A stretch of DNA of 63,925 nt, filler included, from Trichomonas gallinae (GCA_008369845.1; 8 parts of 8 records of this genome joined end to end with filler, not necessarily neighbours in it); one strand, 5' to 3'. Shown: positions 1 to 12,900, counted from the whole stretch's first letter. The notes: a model not told the origin generated them from the letters alone. Numbers and translations: made by a program.

Positions 1-370
1 CAATGTAATTCTTTCAAAATTTGAAAGAAAAATATGACAATCTGACATTGTAAAATTTCCCTATTTGACAGCTAAAACAGTAACACACCAATCCTAATTC
101 AGCTCTCGATTTTTTCAATTTATTGATTAATTTTTCTTCAAGTTTTTGAATTTCACTCATTTAGGATCAAATTAAATCGGCCATATTCACTGCTTTTTCT
201 ATCAAAAGACTCTTACAGCGTTTAATCTCAATAGATTTTTTGATGTTTTTTTAGCATCAAAATTTTAGATCTAAGCAAGCAAGTTATATATTATCGATTT
301 AAAGCATATTTCACTTCAAAATTTTAAATATAATTTTCTAAAATCATACTTTCGGATGATGAAATTTATA

Positions 371-1015
371 CTACAGACAGCGTGGCTTCAAATCATAACC
401 GCCACAAATCTTTGTAAGGATATAATAAATTATTATAAGAACGATCGTTGCCATAATGACTCGCGATTTGTACCTTGCACATCTCATCTTATTTTTCAAA
501 TTTGTTGCTTGATTCTTAAACTCAGCGGAAGTTGATAATAAATCTTCTGTTTTTGTTGATAAATCATCAAGCTGATTTCCACGCGCCATCGCCATTTGCA
601 TCGAATCCGTCATTATTCTCTGCGTCTGCTCCATTTCTCTCTTGATTTTTTCAGCTTTGTTAATACTTTCAGTTGTATCAGCTAATACAGCCTGGAACAA
701 ATCCCTCGCTTGAGCAGTAAGGGTATTAGCTGCACATCTCTTAGAGGATTCGTAATATGATAAATACCATTTATCTGAGAGTCTATCAAGGTATTGCACA
801 GGTAAGCTCGAGGAATCATCGGCATTTGATGCACAAATGAATAATAACGAATTCTTTTTGAGGAATGTAAAAATATATCTGTTCATTCTTCTTTGTTCGT
901 TACGATTTACTGGCGTTTCTATTAATTTTTGCGTTTCTCTGCTGAGATCTGTTCCATCTGGTGAGTATGATGCTATAATAACATCACCGCGGCAAACTGC
1001 CGAGTATGATATCAT
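371..1015 (-). CDS. VAMP7-like longin R-SNARE (synaptobrevin family)
   Basis: N-terminal longin-like domain (ISYSAVCRGDVIIASY...FTFL...LLFICAS), R-SNARE coil with zero-layer R (MARGNQLDDLSTKTEDL...AEFK), C-terminal TM helix followed by CGG. Confidence 0.85.
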   Translation of the reverse strand: MISYSAVCRGDVIIASYSPDGTDLSRETQKLIETPVNRNEQRRMNRYIFTFLKKNSLLFICASNADDSSSLPVQYLDRLSDKWYLSYYESSKRCAANTLTAQARDLFQAVLADTTESINKAEKIKREMEQTQRIMTDSMQMAMARGNQLDDLSTKTEDLLSTSAEFKNQATNLKNKMRCARYKSRVIMATIVLIIIYYILTKICGGYDLKPRCL

Positions 1016-2604
1016 TTTTAACTAATTTTGAGGGTCTTTAAAATTTATTTAGGGGATTTCATTTTATTTTTGTTTTTCTCATTGGAAAGGAATCAAATAC
1101 GAAGAAAACTCTTATGAGATCATTACATCTCTAACACTGTAGCTTAAAGTCCAATTAAGGAAATCCTATACTTCAGATGAGTTGAGCTAAACAAATAATA
1201 TTTTTTTCATCACAAGATCCATTTACAAGGCTTATATTTCGATTATTTTAAATCAATTATTAGCTTAATTTTCATTTCGCAAATTTGAAAACATACTAAT
1301 TTATATTGGAAAATTAAATAATCAAAACCAACTCACATTATCCTACTGACTCATTATTTTATCTCTTTTATTGCATATATTTATTTCTTGATATAGATAT
1401 AATGCATTAAACTTCAAATGTATTTTATTTTTGATGATATGCATTTTATTATGCACCACACTATTTAATACATATAACGATCTTTATACTTCAAGTAAAA
1501 CACACGTTAATAAGCATAATTTTATATCATGAAAATAACTTGTGATTAGCTGAAATTAATTAGATTTCCAATAAGAAACATTATGCATCTTTATCACTAT
1601 TTTTTACAAATATCACTGTGTTTAGTTAAAATAAATAAAACTCTGATTAAACAAAGATAATACTAAGTAATATGGGTTATTCAACTTAATTTACAAATGA
1701 ATTCTACTATAGAGGTACTAAGATACAAATATACCATGAGAAATTCTTTAAAAAAGTCAATAATAGTGCTTAAATGTTTTGGAATTTCAACAACAATATC
1801 GATTAGGATAAAATAATAACAAAACCAGTGCTCTTTGAAAAGTGATATAATGCTATTAAACTCTTATGCTTGTTTAATGCATGATTGAACAATTCGAAAA
1901 ATCATTGGGCACAACATCGTTGTGTTCCTATAAAAAACAATATAGAATGTGATAAAACTTCAGATTATACCATTCATTTCCCTCTATTTTAATTATTTGG
2001 CCTTTCAGATTTGAATTTCAGATCACAAATCTATAAATCTAAGATAAAAAACACCTTTGCTATTATCATATTGCAAATATACAACAATTTTGGAACCCAT
2101 ACGCCTGCTAAAAAGTGCAAAAAATTGAATTAACTCTTTTCATTTATAGAAATCAGCTGGATATCATATATAACAGGCCATTTTCAATTTTTGTAAAAAA
2201 ATTCAGAAAATCCGAAAAAATATGAACAGAAATGATCAAAGAATAAAATGTTCCCGATATGAAATATATTTTCTGAACTTGCAAATATTTGATAATAATA
2301 CAAAAAATTATGAATTAAACAATGCTTTATAATACGAAATTATCCAAATTTTCCATCACGAAATTTCATATAAAAGTATTAAAATTTTATTCTAATAGTG
2401 CAATAGTCATAAATAAATAATATACTAAAATAAAAATATCAGTTTAGCCGTTAATCAGTAAATTTTAAAAAATAACTAGAGAAATATACAAAAAGCAAGA
2501 TTGATCAAATTTTGCGATCTAAAATCTAAAGAATTTGTATTACCCACTAATAAAATTGAGTTAAAACCGAAAATTTCACACAAAATATTAAATTTATTTT
2601 CATT

Positions 2605-3414
2605 ATGTATGGTCCTAAGGTAAATAACCCGATGATAGGGTATCCTGGGCCCATGCACAACCAGCAGGAGGTTATTGTAGTGCCTACACCACCACATCCT
2701 CCATATATACAACCACAGAGAGCGCTTTACCCACAAGCAATATCCGTGATAACAAATATGCCACCTAACCAACCACAGAGACCATATGCATTTACACCTC
2801 CGACACAAATTCCAATTAAACCACCGCCTCCTGTAGTGATTCCAAATCTTATTATGACTCCACCCCCTCAGACACCATTACCGTTACCATTAATGTCTGT
2901 CTCTCATAGTCAAGATAAAATGGTAAGAACGGATATTGTTATAAAGCCTAGTCAACTTGGTTTAATTCCGCACGATTTTTGGACACACTACAAAAAGATA
3001 TCATTCGAAACTATGATACACACATACTTTCACAGACGAAATTCTTCACACGCAAGATTCGTTTATAAACTCTATAACGCGCTTCTTATTGTAAATTCTT
3101 ATCCTTCGCTTTTACCTGTAATTGGTGTCTCCTGGGAGACAAATAATATTATAAAAGTACGGAAGACACCATTCGCTAATCTTATAGGTACTAGAATGGC
3201 TGATAACAGTCTTTTCCATAAGCAAGGTAATTTCCCTACGCATGGCTTCGCTGAGCTAACGTCAGAAGAAGCTATGTCGCAGAATATAAATATTAGCTAC
3301 ATCGATTTTGATGAAGTTCGCTTAGTTTATCATCAAAATGGAAAATTTACCAAGAATTGTGGCGAGAAGGTCTTAAAAGCCTGTATATGGAAAAGAAATG
3401 GCCAAATTTTGTAA
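2605..3414 (+). CDS. Initiator-binding-domain (IBP39-type IBD) putative transcription factor with Pro/Gln-rich N-terminus
   Basis: RRNSSHARFVYKLYNALL...IGVSWETNNIIKVRKTPFANLIG resembles the IBP39 IBD winged helix (RF..KL...L...IGLSW.....K....A..MG). Inr TCATT lies immediately before the ATG. Confidence 0.8.
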   Translation: MYGPKVNNPMIGYPGPMHNQQEVIVVPTPPHPPYIQPQRALYPQAISVITNMPPNQPQRPYAFTPPTQIPIKPPPPVVIPNLIMTPPPQTPLPLPLMSVSHSQDKMVRTDIVIKPSQLGLIPHDFWTHYKKISFETMIHTYFHRRNSSHARFVYKLYNALLIVNSYPSLLPVIGVSWETNNIIKVRKTPFANLIGTRMADNSLFHKQGNFPTHGFAELTSEEAMSQNINISYIDFDEVRLVYHQNGKFTKNCGEKVLKACIWKRNGQIL

Positions 3415-4109
3415 TTTAAACATGTATTATTTGAATTATATTTCCTTGTTTACTTCAAATGCTACAAAGTCTCACATCATTGCTTTATATAAATTATTAA
3501 CATATACATAATGAAATGAAAAGCATCTTAAGGTCTGAATCCCAAGATGATTTTATCATTTTTATAGATAATATTTGTTGCAATATGATTTAGTGAGAAT
3601 CTGCCTTTTCTGGTTATGTCTATGCATAATATCAAGAGATGACACTTATTAATTTGCAGATTAATTTACTTCGAACAATATAAGAATTAGAGAATTATGT
3701 AAGAGGATAAATCGTCATTTGCTGACTAAAAAACACAAATCGAAACTGATACAAGTGCTTTTCTTTAGAAAGAGATAATTATAATTTATCTTTCCATATG
3801 CATATGGTGATCAATAGCTTGAGATATATTTTTGTCAAGTAACCTAAATTACAATCACACACACTGCAATCTCGTTACATTCAAATTCGAAAATTTTCAC
3901 CTCGATGTAAGAACTATAGATCATAAGTATAGACTTATTTCTTTCTAATTAGAATAAATTTTATGTAATTTTGTCTAGATTGTTAAATAAAATTTAAACT
4001 TTCGTTTTAAATTCTGCGATTCAGATAATAAATCGAGCTAAATATATATTATTTAGACCAAAATAAGTTATCTATGCCGCAGTTTGAATCCAAAGTCATT
4101 TTGTAATTA

Positions 4110-5057
4110 ATGTCGTCTTTGATAACGATCGGCTTTTGGATATCGACAAGTATTTGCTCATCCACATCGCTTATCCTGCTGCTGAAGTATGTAGGAAGAA
4201 CAGTAAAATGCAAATATACTACTACTCTCTCCTCATTTCATTTTGTAGCAACTTGGGGCTTTTTGGCGATCCTTGCAGCTACAGGAAAGATAAAGAAAAT
4301 CACAAACGTACCTCTTCAAAAGCAAATTTTGCTCGCTTTCCTCGTTGTCGGTTCCATAGTTTTGATGAATTTCAATCTCAAAGCAAACTCAATCGGATTT
4401 TACCAAATGTCGAAACTTGTATGCATACCTTATATGGTTGTTCACAAAATGATCTTCCATCATCAAAAATTCTCAACCCTCGAATTAGTTTCTTTAACAG
4501 TTTTACTTGTTGGCGTTGCTCTGTTTTCAGTATCAGATATTGAAGTGAATTTGCTCGGCACAATCTATGCCATCGCTTCAATTTTGTGCACAGTCTTTAA
4601 TCAGATGTATACAGAGAGCTATCAAAAAGAATACGAAGTCAGCGGCAATGAACTCCAGCTCTGCATTGCTCCAATACAAATTTTAATGGGATTTGTTTCT
4701 GCTTTTTCAATTGAATCATTTGGCGATGATGGATTTCTTGCACACCACTTCACATTGAAAGAGCTCGTGTTGATGGGCCTTACTTGCGTGTTTGCTATTG
4801 GTGTTAACTTATCGACATTTAATTTGCTTGGAAAGACATCTTCGATTACTTATCAGGTTATTGGACATGTTAAGACAATTTTGCTGCTCATTTTAGGTTA
4901 CATTTTCTTCCCATCAAAGTGGGAATCACAATTCCAAATGATCAAGGCTTACACTGGCATTGTTGTTGCTCTGTTGGGTGTTTTCATGTATTCCAAGGCA
5001 AAACTTGGTCAAAAGAAGAAAGAAGATAATGAACCATTATTGCCAAAAGCGAAATGA
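4110..5057 (+). CDS. Nucleotide-sugar/triose-phosphate transporter family protein (SLC35E3/UXT-like)
   Basis: About 10 TM helices; motifs NSIGFYQMSKL and GKTSSITYQVIGHVKT; Inr TCATT at about 4097. Confidence 0.9.
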   Translation: MSSLITIGFWISTSICSSTSLILLLKYVGRTVKCKYTTTLSSFHFVATWGFLAILAATGKIKKITNVPLQKQILLAFLVVGSIVLMNFNLKANSIGFYQMSKLVCIPYMVVHKMIFHHQKFSTLELVSLTVLLVGVALFSVSDIEVNLLGTIYAIASILCTVFNQMYTESYQKEYEVSGNELQLCIAPIQILMGFVSAFSIESFGDDGFLAHHFTLKELVLMGLTCVFAIGVNLSTFNLLGKTSSITYQVIGHVKTILLLILGYIFFPSKWESQFQMIKAYTGIVVALLGVFMYSKAKLGQKKKEDNEPLLPKAK

Positions 5058-5385
5058 AAAATGTAAATAATACAAATTCAATTTATATCTTGTATAAAAT
5101 ATAAATCATTAGTCTTTCTGCAATTTTTTTTTCATTTTGATAAAATTATTCTTAATTATTTCAACTGACAAAGCTCAAAATACTCCAACCCCTACTAGTA
5201 GATCAATATATTTGATTTATTTTAATAAAATTCAAAATTATAAAAAATATCAAAATAAAAGTCCTTAAATTCTTATGTATCAATGGATCAAAGCTCGTTA
5301 AAAATAGATTGATATATATTGTAAACAAACACAATCGAAAATTATAATATTTATAACAAAACAGTATAAACATTTTTTGCTGTCA

Positions 5386-6171
5386 TTAGTAGTGATCCAG
5401 TTCTCTTCCAACCGTTGATGTGAACTGCTGCTTGAAAGCTTTTCTTCCGTTTTTGTTACAAGTTCCATCTCCATCGTAGAAACGAGTATGAGACAGCTGT
5501 GCAACAACTTCTTCAGGTGGGCGAAGTTCTTTCATTGGTTTTGGACGCAATGAAGTATCATTTGACAAACTGTTAACGATTTCTGTAAGCTCGCGCTCTT
5601 TATCAACATGTAATGTTGCATTATGCACCCTGTCTCTGAGTCCACTCACTGAAACTCTGAGAGTTGGGACACTTATTGGTCTGTCATAAGATAATGTGCT
5701 GTAACTTGGCCCGTCGATTGTAGAATTCAAATTTCTTGTCTGTTCGAGCTTATATGTATTGTAAGTTTTGCCAGAAAGCTGGCTCTTAAGTCGATCATTG
5801 AATGGAGTCATATAACGTTCTTCCCAATCATGATGAATTTGAGCGATCTTTCTTTGGTGGTTATCAGCATAAACCCCGAGATTGCTTTCCATCGTTTTCA
5901 GGAATTGTTCGTCGTTATGTACTGCGGAGTACTTCGCAGTGGACAATGGCTCCTTTTTCACACGGTGGCGGGTCATTGCCATTGTTGTTTTCGGACGTAT
6001 GCTCTTCATATTTGTAATTGGAGGAGGAAATCCGGTCAAATCAAAAGCAGGCTCGCTTTTTTTCTTTGCTGAGGCCGCAGTTGTTGGCCTGCGGGATGTA
6101 ATGATGGGGCAGTTTCCTACAAGAAGGAAGTTCAGAGACTCGTTAGAGTGAACTTTGACCTCGCCTCTCAT
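5386..6171 (-). CDS. Hypothetical protein (weak resemblance to FAM228-like ciliary proteins)
   Basis: 261-aa ORF with coding-like composition. The segment RKIAQIHHDWEERYMTPF loosely recalls FAM228; not verified. Confidence 0.6.
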   Translation of the reverse strand: MRGEVKVHSNESLNFLLVGNCPIITSRRPTTAASAKKKSEPAFDLTGFPPPITNMKSIRPKTTMAMTRHRVKKEPLSTAKYSAVHNDEQFLKTMESNLGVYADNHQRKIAQIHHDWEERYMTPFNDRLKSQLSGKTYNTYKLEQTRNLNSTIDGPSYSTLSYDRPISVPTLRVSVSGLRDRVHNATLHVDKERELTEIVNSLSNDTSLRPKPMKELRPPEEVVAQLSHTRFYDGDGTCNKNGRKAFKQQFTSTVGRELDHY

Positions 6172-6837
6172 TTTTGAGCACGAAATAACACGTTATTTCG
6201 CATGACTTACATTGACGCTTTGAAATAATCATAGCACAACAATACACCACACATACAGCAGAGAAACAACATTTTGGAGTGCGAAATGCGGATTTTTTAT
6301 ATTTTGCGAAATATCAAATTAACAAAAATCAGCTCAGCACATACACATATATGCATATATTTTCGTATTAAATATGTATGTGCCTTTATAATATACTAAT
6401 ATAAATATTTTTTTAAATTAGTTAATATCTTCAAACGACACGCGATATATGCAAAAAATAAATGTTATATTTATCTATAAATGATTTAATTCGTATTTAT
6501 GATGAAAATACAATCAAGTTTCGTGTTCCAAGTCGATTTGAAATCATCTTTTGTTTTTTGTATCAATATGAATTAGTTTATTCATTCCATCAAGAACATA
6601 TGCATATGGGTGACTCTAGACATAATATCTCTATCCAATATATCAGTATAATTTTGTGATTAAGTTGATATATTGATATTTGAAAAGCTTCTATCTAAAA
6701 TCCTCTTTCATTGACATATAAGGTTTTAATTACGAAGGCCTATATATGAATGTAAAGAAAGTCATGATTAGTCAAAATGTCAGAAAAATAGTTTACGTGT
6801 CAAAATAACGATATGTAATGAGTTTTCATTTTTTCAT

Positions 6838-7296
6838 ATGATCTACTTTTTTATTGTATTTAACAGACAAGGAAAAGCTAGATTAAACAAATGGTACGAG
6901 CCACACTCAAAGAAATCAAAAGACAAAATAATTCGCGAAGTCTCTAATGCTATTCTCTCCAGACCTTCAAATTGTTCAACATTCATCGAATGGAGAGATA
7001 GGAAACTCGTATACAATAGATATGCATCACTCTTCTTTGTTATGGGTGTTGACGTCAACGAGAACGAGTCAATGTGCCTTGATGTAATTCACTTCTACGT
7101 CGAGACACTTGATGCTTTCTTCGGAAATGTTCGTGAAGTCGATCTCATCTTCGGATTCCAACACGCATACGGAATTCTCGATGAATTAATTTTGGCTGGC
7201 GAATTTGTTGAAAGCTCACGCTTCAATCCAATCCAATCAATTGTTGAACAAAAGGAAGCCATTCAAACAGAGCCAGGCAAACCATTCGAAGTGTAA
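6838..7296 (+). CDS. Clathrin adaptor complex small (sigma) subunit, AP-1 sigma-like
   Basis: NRQGKARLNKWY, LVYNRYASLFF, YVETLDAFFGNVREVDLIF...LDELILAGE; Inr TCATTT upstream. Confidence 0.95.
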   Translation: MIYFFIVFNRQGKARLNKWYEPHSKKSKDKIIREVSNAILSRPSNCSTFIEWRDRKLVYNRYASLFFVMGVDVNENESMCLDVIHFYVETLDAFFGNVREVDLIFGFQHAYGILDELILAGEFVESSRFNPIQSIVEQKEAIQTEPGKPFEV

Positions 7297-7453
7297 TTTC
7301 ATTATTTTTCATTTATTATTAAAAACATTGTTACAAACAATGTATTGCGTGATATACATATTCCATGAAGTATATATTTATTAAATATATTGATTATTAT
7401 GAAATTATATTTTTTCGAACAAATTTTTTTGTTATCATATAAATACAAACAAT

Positions 7454-8689
7454 TTATTTGAAATGTGGGAGACATAAACAAAAAGCTTGGAGTGGTGTCA
7501 GTGGATAAAAAGCATCACCGACATATTTTGTTTCTGTAACTTTACCAAATACTAATATATGCGTCTCAATGTCATCAGGAGACACAAGTATATGATTCTT
7601 AACAGATTCCATCTTGACTCGTCCGCCAAATCTTAAAACTGGAATTCCTCCTTTCATTTTTGGTGGTTTTGGAATCATTTTGATTACATCATTCTCTGCC
7701 TTTAGCAATGACATCTGTTTCTCTAATTCATTTGGTATAACAGCTGTAAACTGCTTTATTGGTTTTACACTCTTTAATCCTGATTTGAATTCGAGCGCAC
7801 AGAGTTCATATGGTGTTGGACTATTTATATATGTTGTTGTGAATGATGAACGAGTGAAATTAGATGTGATTTGCGCGATTGGATTTTGAACATTTTCGAT
7901 AGAGAAAATTTGATAAGAGCAACCGCTAATAGATGAGTCTCTTTTAGCGAATAAAACTATTGTTTTTGATACTTCGTCTAATAAATTATATTGAGTATAT
8001 TTCTTTTGTTCTGAGACATCAATAGTAAAAGAAATAGTACTATCTTGTTGTATCTGTTTCAAAAATGTACCAATTTCTATAGGAATTGATTTGAATTTTT
8101 TTGGAAAGTTAATTTTAGGCGCGTCTAAATCATAAGAGACTAATTGATCGTCGATATTCTTCAGGTTTTGGTCATATTGCAATGGCATTATACTGTCACG
8201 TTTCGGTGACCAAGGTTTTCCTTCTTGATTTTTAATTGGCGATGATGGCTCGCTTTTGACATCATCAGCTGGTTTTGTATCGTTAATTTCTGGATGTGGT
8301 AATGGGTTTTCTGTTTTTTCTGGTAGTACCGGTTTTGGAATTTCTTGTTTTGGATTTTGTGGCTTTGAAGTAACAGTAACTTGTGCTTTTCTAACTTTTA
8401 TTGATGTAGGAATTGTGATTTGTTGTTTATCTTGTTTATTTTGTTGTTGATTAATTTTAATTTCTTCTTTTTTAGTTTCAATTTCAAATGGTTGGGTTTT
8501 ATTTTCGGTAGTTTTTGGTTTTGTCCGGAAGTTTTTAATCAAATTAAGATATTTTTCATCTGCGAACTGATTTTTCAATGAAATATCATTACAATCACAA
8601 TATCTTGACGGAATTATTATGTACGATTTAAAAGTGTGCCGTAGATCATCAAGATATGAACCCTTTGCACTCAAAGATGATTCATTCAT
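7454..8689 (-). CDS. Tubby C-terminal domain protein
   Basis: C-terminal LRFGGRVKMESVKNHIL...LVFGKV...DAFYPLTPLQAF matches the Tub domain (LNF.GRVT..SVKNF...QFG....D..YP....QAF). Low-complexity N-terminus. Confidence 0.85.
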   Translation of the reverse strand: MNESSLSAKGSYLDDLRHTFKSYIIIPSRYCDCNDISLKNQFADEKYLNLIKNFRTKPKTTENKTQPFEIETKKEEIKINQQQNKQDKQQITIPTSIKVRKAQVTVTSKPQNPKQEIPKPVLPEKTENPLPHPEINDTKPADDVKSEPSSPIKNQEGKPWSPKRDSIMPLQYDQNLKNIDDQLVSYDLDAPKINFPKKFKSIPIEIGTFLKQIQQDSTISFTIDVSEQKKYTQYNLLDEVSKTIVLFAKRDSSISGCSYQIFSIENVQNPIAQITSNFTRSSFTTTYINSPTPYELCALEFKSGLKSVKPIKQFTAVIPNELEKQMSLLKAENDVIKMIPKPPKMKGGIPVLRFGGRVKMESVKNHILVSPDDIETHILVFGKVTETKYVGDAFYPLTPLQAFCLCLPHFK

Positions 8690-8831
8690 AAAAATGACAT
8701 GTAAACTAATTTATTGTCAAAATAATTAAAAAATAAAATACTTTATAAATAGGAGTAATATACAATGTAGCATCTATATTTTGTTTTAAATGTTTTTGTT
8801 TAAAATGTTTACGGGCGTGCTAGCCGACTAA

Positions 8832-9896
8832 AATACGTTATTAAATTCTTTTCTTTTCCAAAAACTCGTTTTATTCGATTGTCTGTGCTCTAAAAATTTA
8901 AAACCACATCACAAATGTGCATGGAGTAGATTCTTTGAAGGAAGTTATCAAGAGAGCGACGGAAAATCTCTAGCAAGTGGAAATCAATACTATATTCACG
9001 ATACTAATTTTGTTGATTTAGATGATTGTCCACTTTTCTTGGAGAGTTTTTCAAATTTAACAAAACTTTTACTTGAAAATATTTTTTTCTACATGATCGT
9101 TGTACCAGAAAACACTGATAATGCTTGCATGGAATTTAGAGGTCTAGGAGCTTGTGTCCAATCACAGATTTGCGCTGTTGAGGCCACAGTTTCAGCACCA
9201 TATTCCTTTGGAAATTATGGCCATGCTTGGACATCATATTCTAAAGAATATAAAAACTACCTTGTTGAAACTACAATTTCTTGCTGTGGAAGAGAAGAAG
9301 TTGGATATGAAATAGTTTATTTACAAGATGGAGCTATATTATTTGATAGAAATAATATTTCAAATTGTCTCTCAGCTCAAAAATGCTGTTTTTCATGTAC
9401 AGGCAATGATGTAATAATTCCTGAGCTAAAATTTACAACATGTTTCAATAACACGGCTTCATATTCCATGGGTATTACTATGAGCTCAGCAAACAGCAAA
9501 ATATCAAATTCTTATATTATAGGCAACAATGCAAATAATTTCTTTTTTACGGGTCCACTCGTTGTTCAAAATTCAATCATCAAAGGCAATTTAGGTGATC
9601 CGATATTTAACCATGATCCTGATGTATCTATAACGCTTATAAATTGCATCTGCGAAAATGAGAATGATAACTTTACTGGTATTAATACTGAAAACATGAA
9701 AACAACAAAATTTGTCTTTCGCCTGATTCACATAGAAACAAATTCATGCGAGGCAGATTATATGCGAAACATAAATTTTCAATTATTGGACGACAAAACT
9801 GTCCTGAAGATCCAGTCTTGTTGTCGCTGCTTGTCTTTTCTTAATTTTCAAGGAAATGTAGCAAGCAAACTGATCTATGCAATTCCTAATTCATAG
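8832..9896 (+). CDS. Cys/Asn-rich hypothetical protein (trichomonad beta-helix-like family); start uncertain, possibly a pseudogene
   Basis: The frame is open from 8832 to the TAG at 9896. The ORF-track start at 9039 is a TTG. An in-frame ATG at 8805 is followed by TAA at 8829-8831. Confidence 0.55.
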   Translation, partial: NTLLNSFLFQKLVLFDCLCSKNLKPHHKCAWSRFFEGSYQESDGKSLASGNQYYIHDTNFVDLDDCPLFLESFSNLTKLLLENIFFYMIVVPENTDNACMEFRGLGACVQSQICAVEATVSAPYSFGNYGHAWTSYSKEYKNYLVETTISCCGREEVGYEIVYLQDGAILFDRNNISNCLSAQKCCFSCTGNDVIIPELKFTTCFNNTASYSMGITMSSANSKISNSYIIGNNANNFFFTGPLVVQNSIIKGNLGDPIFNHDPDVSITLINCICENENDNFTGINTENMKTTKFVFRLIHIETNSCEADYMRNINFQLLDDKTVLKIQSCCRCLSFLNFQGNVASKLIYAIPNS

Positions 9897-9986
9897 GAAA
9901 ATTTACTTATTTGGAGATATTTAAAAAAGTATATTTTTTCACAAATATTTAAAATAACAAACAATATAAATAAAAATATAAAACAA

Positions 9987-12900
9987 TTACATGTTTTTGA
10001 CTCTTTCTATGATTGATTTGATATCTTTGGCGGTGTTCAAAATGTTTCCGCCTTTTTGATCAGTAATTGTGAGAATATCCTTCAAAACTGCTCTAAATGA
10101 ATCTAATCTAGACTCAAGGTCTTTGATAACTTTAGACATTGATTTCTCGCGCATTTTATGTTCTTGGACTGCTTTCTTACCATTATCGAATGATTCATTT
10201 GATGACAAGTCGCTGCTCATCTTGATTATATTCTTTAATGTTTTGTTCTCTTTCTCCGACTGACGAAGACGACGTAGAAGGTTATCGTTCTCAATTCTTG
10301 CCTGGTCAAGTGCTGCCTGTGCTGACTCTAATTTGTGGCCAACTTCTTCGTTCATTTTGATAAATGAATCATTATCAACGAATTGGCCATCTTCAGTGAT
10401 TAAAACATTGTTTCCGTCCTTTTGAAGTGTGTCAAGAATCTGTTTATGCTCAAGTGAAAGTTTCTTGAATGCTGATTCTTTCTCCTGGCTGACACGTTCA
10501 ACAACTTTCATTTCTTCTAAAACTTTATTGAGAGAAGCATTTAGTTCTTCTTCGCGACGCTTTAGACGCTGAATGAGAGCATTCTTGGATCTATCAAGAC
10601 GACGTAATTCAGCGATTTCATTCTCGAGAGATTTTCGCTGTTCACGCTCGCGCATAAGCTCATTCGTTCTATCACGTTTGTCGCCGATATCTTTCTTCAA
10701 TGAAGCTTTCTCGCTCTCATAACTATGTGAAATATTAGAAATTTGCTTACTTAGATTCTCATTTTCTAAGACAAGTTTCTTGTAGTTATTTGAAATCTCA
10801 GAAATTTGTATTCTTAAATTTTCATTTGTTTGTTTCAATGAAAGCATTTCATCTTCATTGATTTGCTTCTCGAAAACGTTTTGGCTGCTGATTGATAAGC
10901 TTGTCTCCGATTGATTGATGCTATTTAGAATGTTCTGAGATGATGTAAGCTCTGATTTCGTGTGAGAAAGTTCGTCGGAAAGACGCTTAATTTCGTAAGT
11001 TTGTTCGATGTTGTTCTTCTTCAATGATTTGTTCTCTTCGCGAAGCTGTGAAATATTTTCATTTTGACTCTCTAAGTATTTCTTTGATGCATTCTTCTCT
11101 GCCTCTAAACATGTTATAACATCTGACATTTCTCTCTGCGAACGTTCATGCATCAATATTGTGTCTTTGAGCTTGTTGATGTCATTGATAAGATTAATGT
11201 TGTCATTGCGGATTCTATTATAATCCTTTTCAAGTCTGTCAACGGCAGCAAGAAGTTCTTTGTTTCTTGATTGAAGCTCGTTTGATGAATCTTTTTCTTC
11301 TTTCATCTTTGAGATTGTTTTTTCGAGATTGCTGACTTTCGTATTCATAGCTTTGATTAATATATTCTTGTCCTCTGATTCTTTATTTAGTTTCTCGAGT
11401 TTTCTTTCTAATTCTTCGTTTTGCTGCTGAAGATGATTGATTTCTGAGTCCTTGTCTTTGATAGAAGAAAGAAGTGAAGTATTTGATTCTTCTAAATTCG
11501 AAATTTCGCTATCTTTAGATGACAAAACTGATGAATGTGATTTTAGATCTTTCTCAAGATTTGTTATCCTGTCTTCAAGAGACTTCGAGTGAATTTTAGC
11601 TGATTCGATTATGTTGTTGAGATTTTCGATCTTCTTGTTTTGATTTGTAATGATTTCATTCAACTTCTTGTTTTCTTTTTCGTTTTCGTCGAGTTTCGTT
11701 CTGAGTTTTTGATTTGTTTTCTCTAAATCTGCAATTTTGTCTTTATTATCAGTTACATTTCTTTGCGTGAGGTCTTCTATGCGAAGTTCGCGGTCATTTA
11801 ATTTATTTTCGAGATCATCAATCTTGCTTTTCTGGCTGTTAATTGTCTGATACATTTCGTCCTCCTTAGATTTATTGCTTCTCCTCAACGAATTAACATC
11901 ATCTTTCATAGATTGAATTATTTCATTTTTAGACATCAAATCTTGTTTGATTGAATCTATTTTTTCATCTTTAGATTTAATGGTTTGCTTTAATGAAAGA
12001 ACATCATCCTTCATTGATTCAATTTGCTCATTTTTAAATTTGACTTCTTCAGTCATTGATTCGATTTTTTCGTCCTTGGATTTAATGGTTTGTTTCATTG
12101 CTCTCAGTTGATCATCTTTAGACTTGGCTTCTTCTTTCATTGAATATAATTTTTCATCTTTTGATTTCATTTCTTCTTTGATAGACAAAAGATTTGTTTC
12201 GATTGATTTAATTTCATCTTTAAGCTGCGAATTTTCGATGTTTAACTGTTGTATGTTTGCTGATTGGATGTTGTTCGACTCTTTAAGTCTTTCAATGTCC
12301 TTTTGGAATTTATTATTGTTGTTTTCAATATATTTCTTCTGCCTTTCTTTGTCTTCGACTTCACGACTTAATTTTCTGACTTCGCTTTCAAGAGAATTGA
12401 TTTTATCATTCGCCTCATTGATGTTGTTTTCGTTCTCCATCTTAATGTTACGCAATTCTGACTCAAGATTTTCAATAATCAAAGATTTTTCGTGTAGATC
12501 TGTTTCGTATTTCTTTGCTCTTTCATCAGATTGCTTCAGTTTAATAACTTTGCTTTCAAGATTCTTGATTCTATCTGATTTAGACTGAATTTCTTTCTTG
12601 AGGCTGCTTGAGCTGCAGGAGAATGAGTAAACTTCATCACTCTTTAATGACAAGTCATGACTTAACTCTTCTATTTGGGAAGATTTTTCTTCGACTTCTT
12701 TCTTGAGTTCGTTTATTGTTTCCTCGAGTTGCTTCATCTTGTTTTCTGTATAAGAAAGACGGTCAATCTCTCTGTCTTTGTTTCTGATTTCGCTTCTTAG
12801 CTTAGATGCATCTCCTTCCAGTTCGTTGTTCTTCTTCTTCAATGACTCATTTTCTTTCTTGATTTGCTCATTTTCCTGTTTAAATAATTTCATTTCGTTT

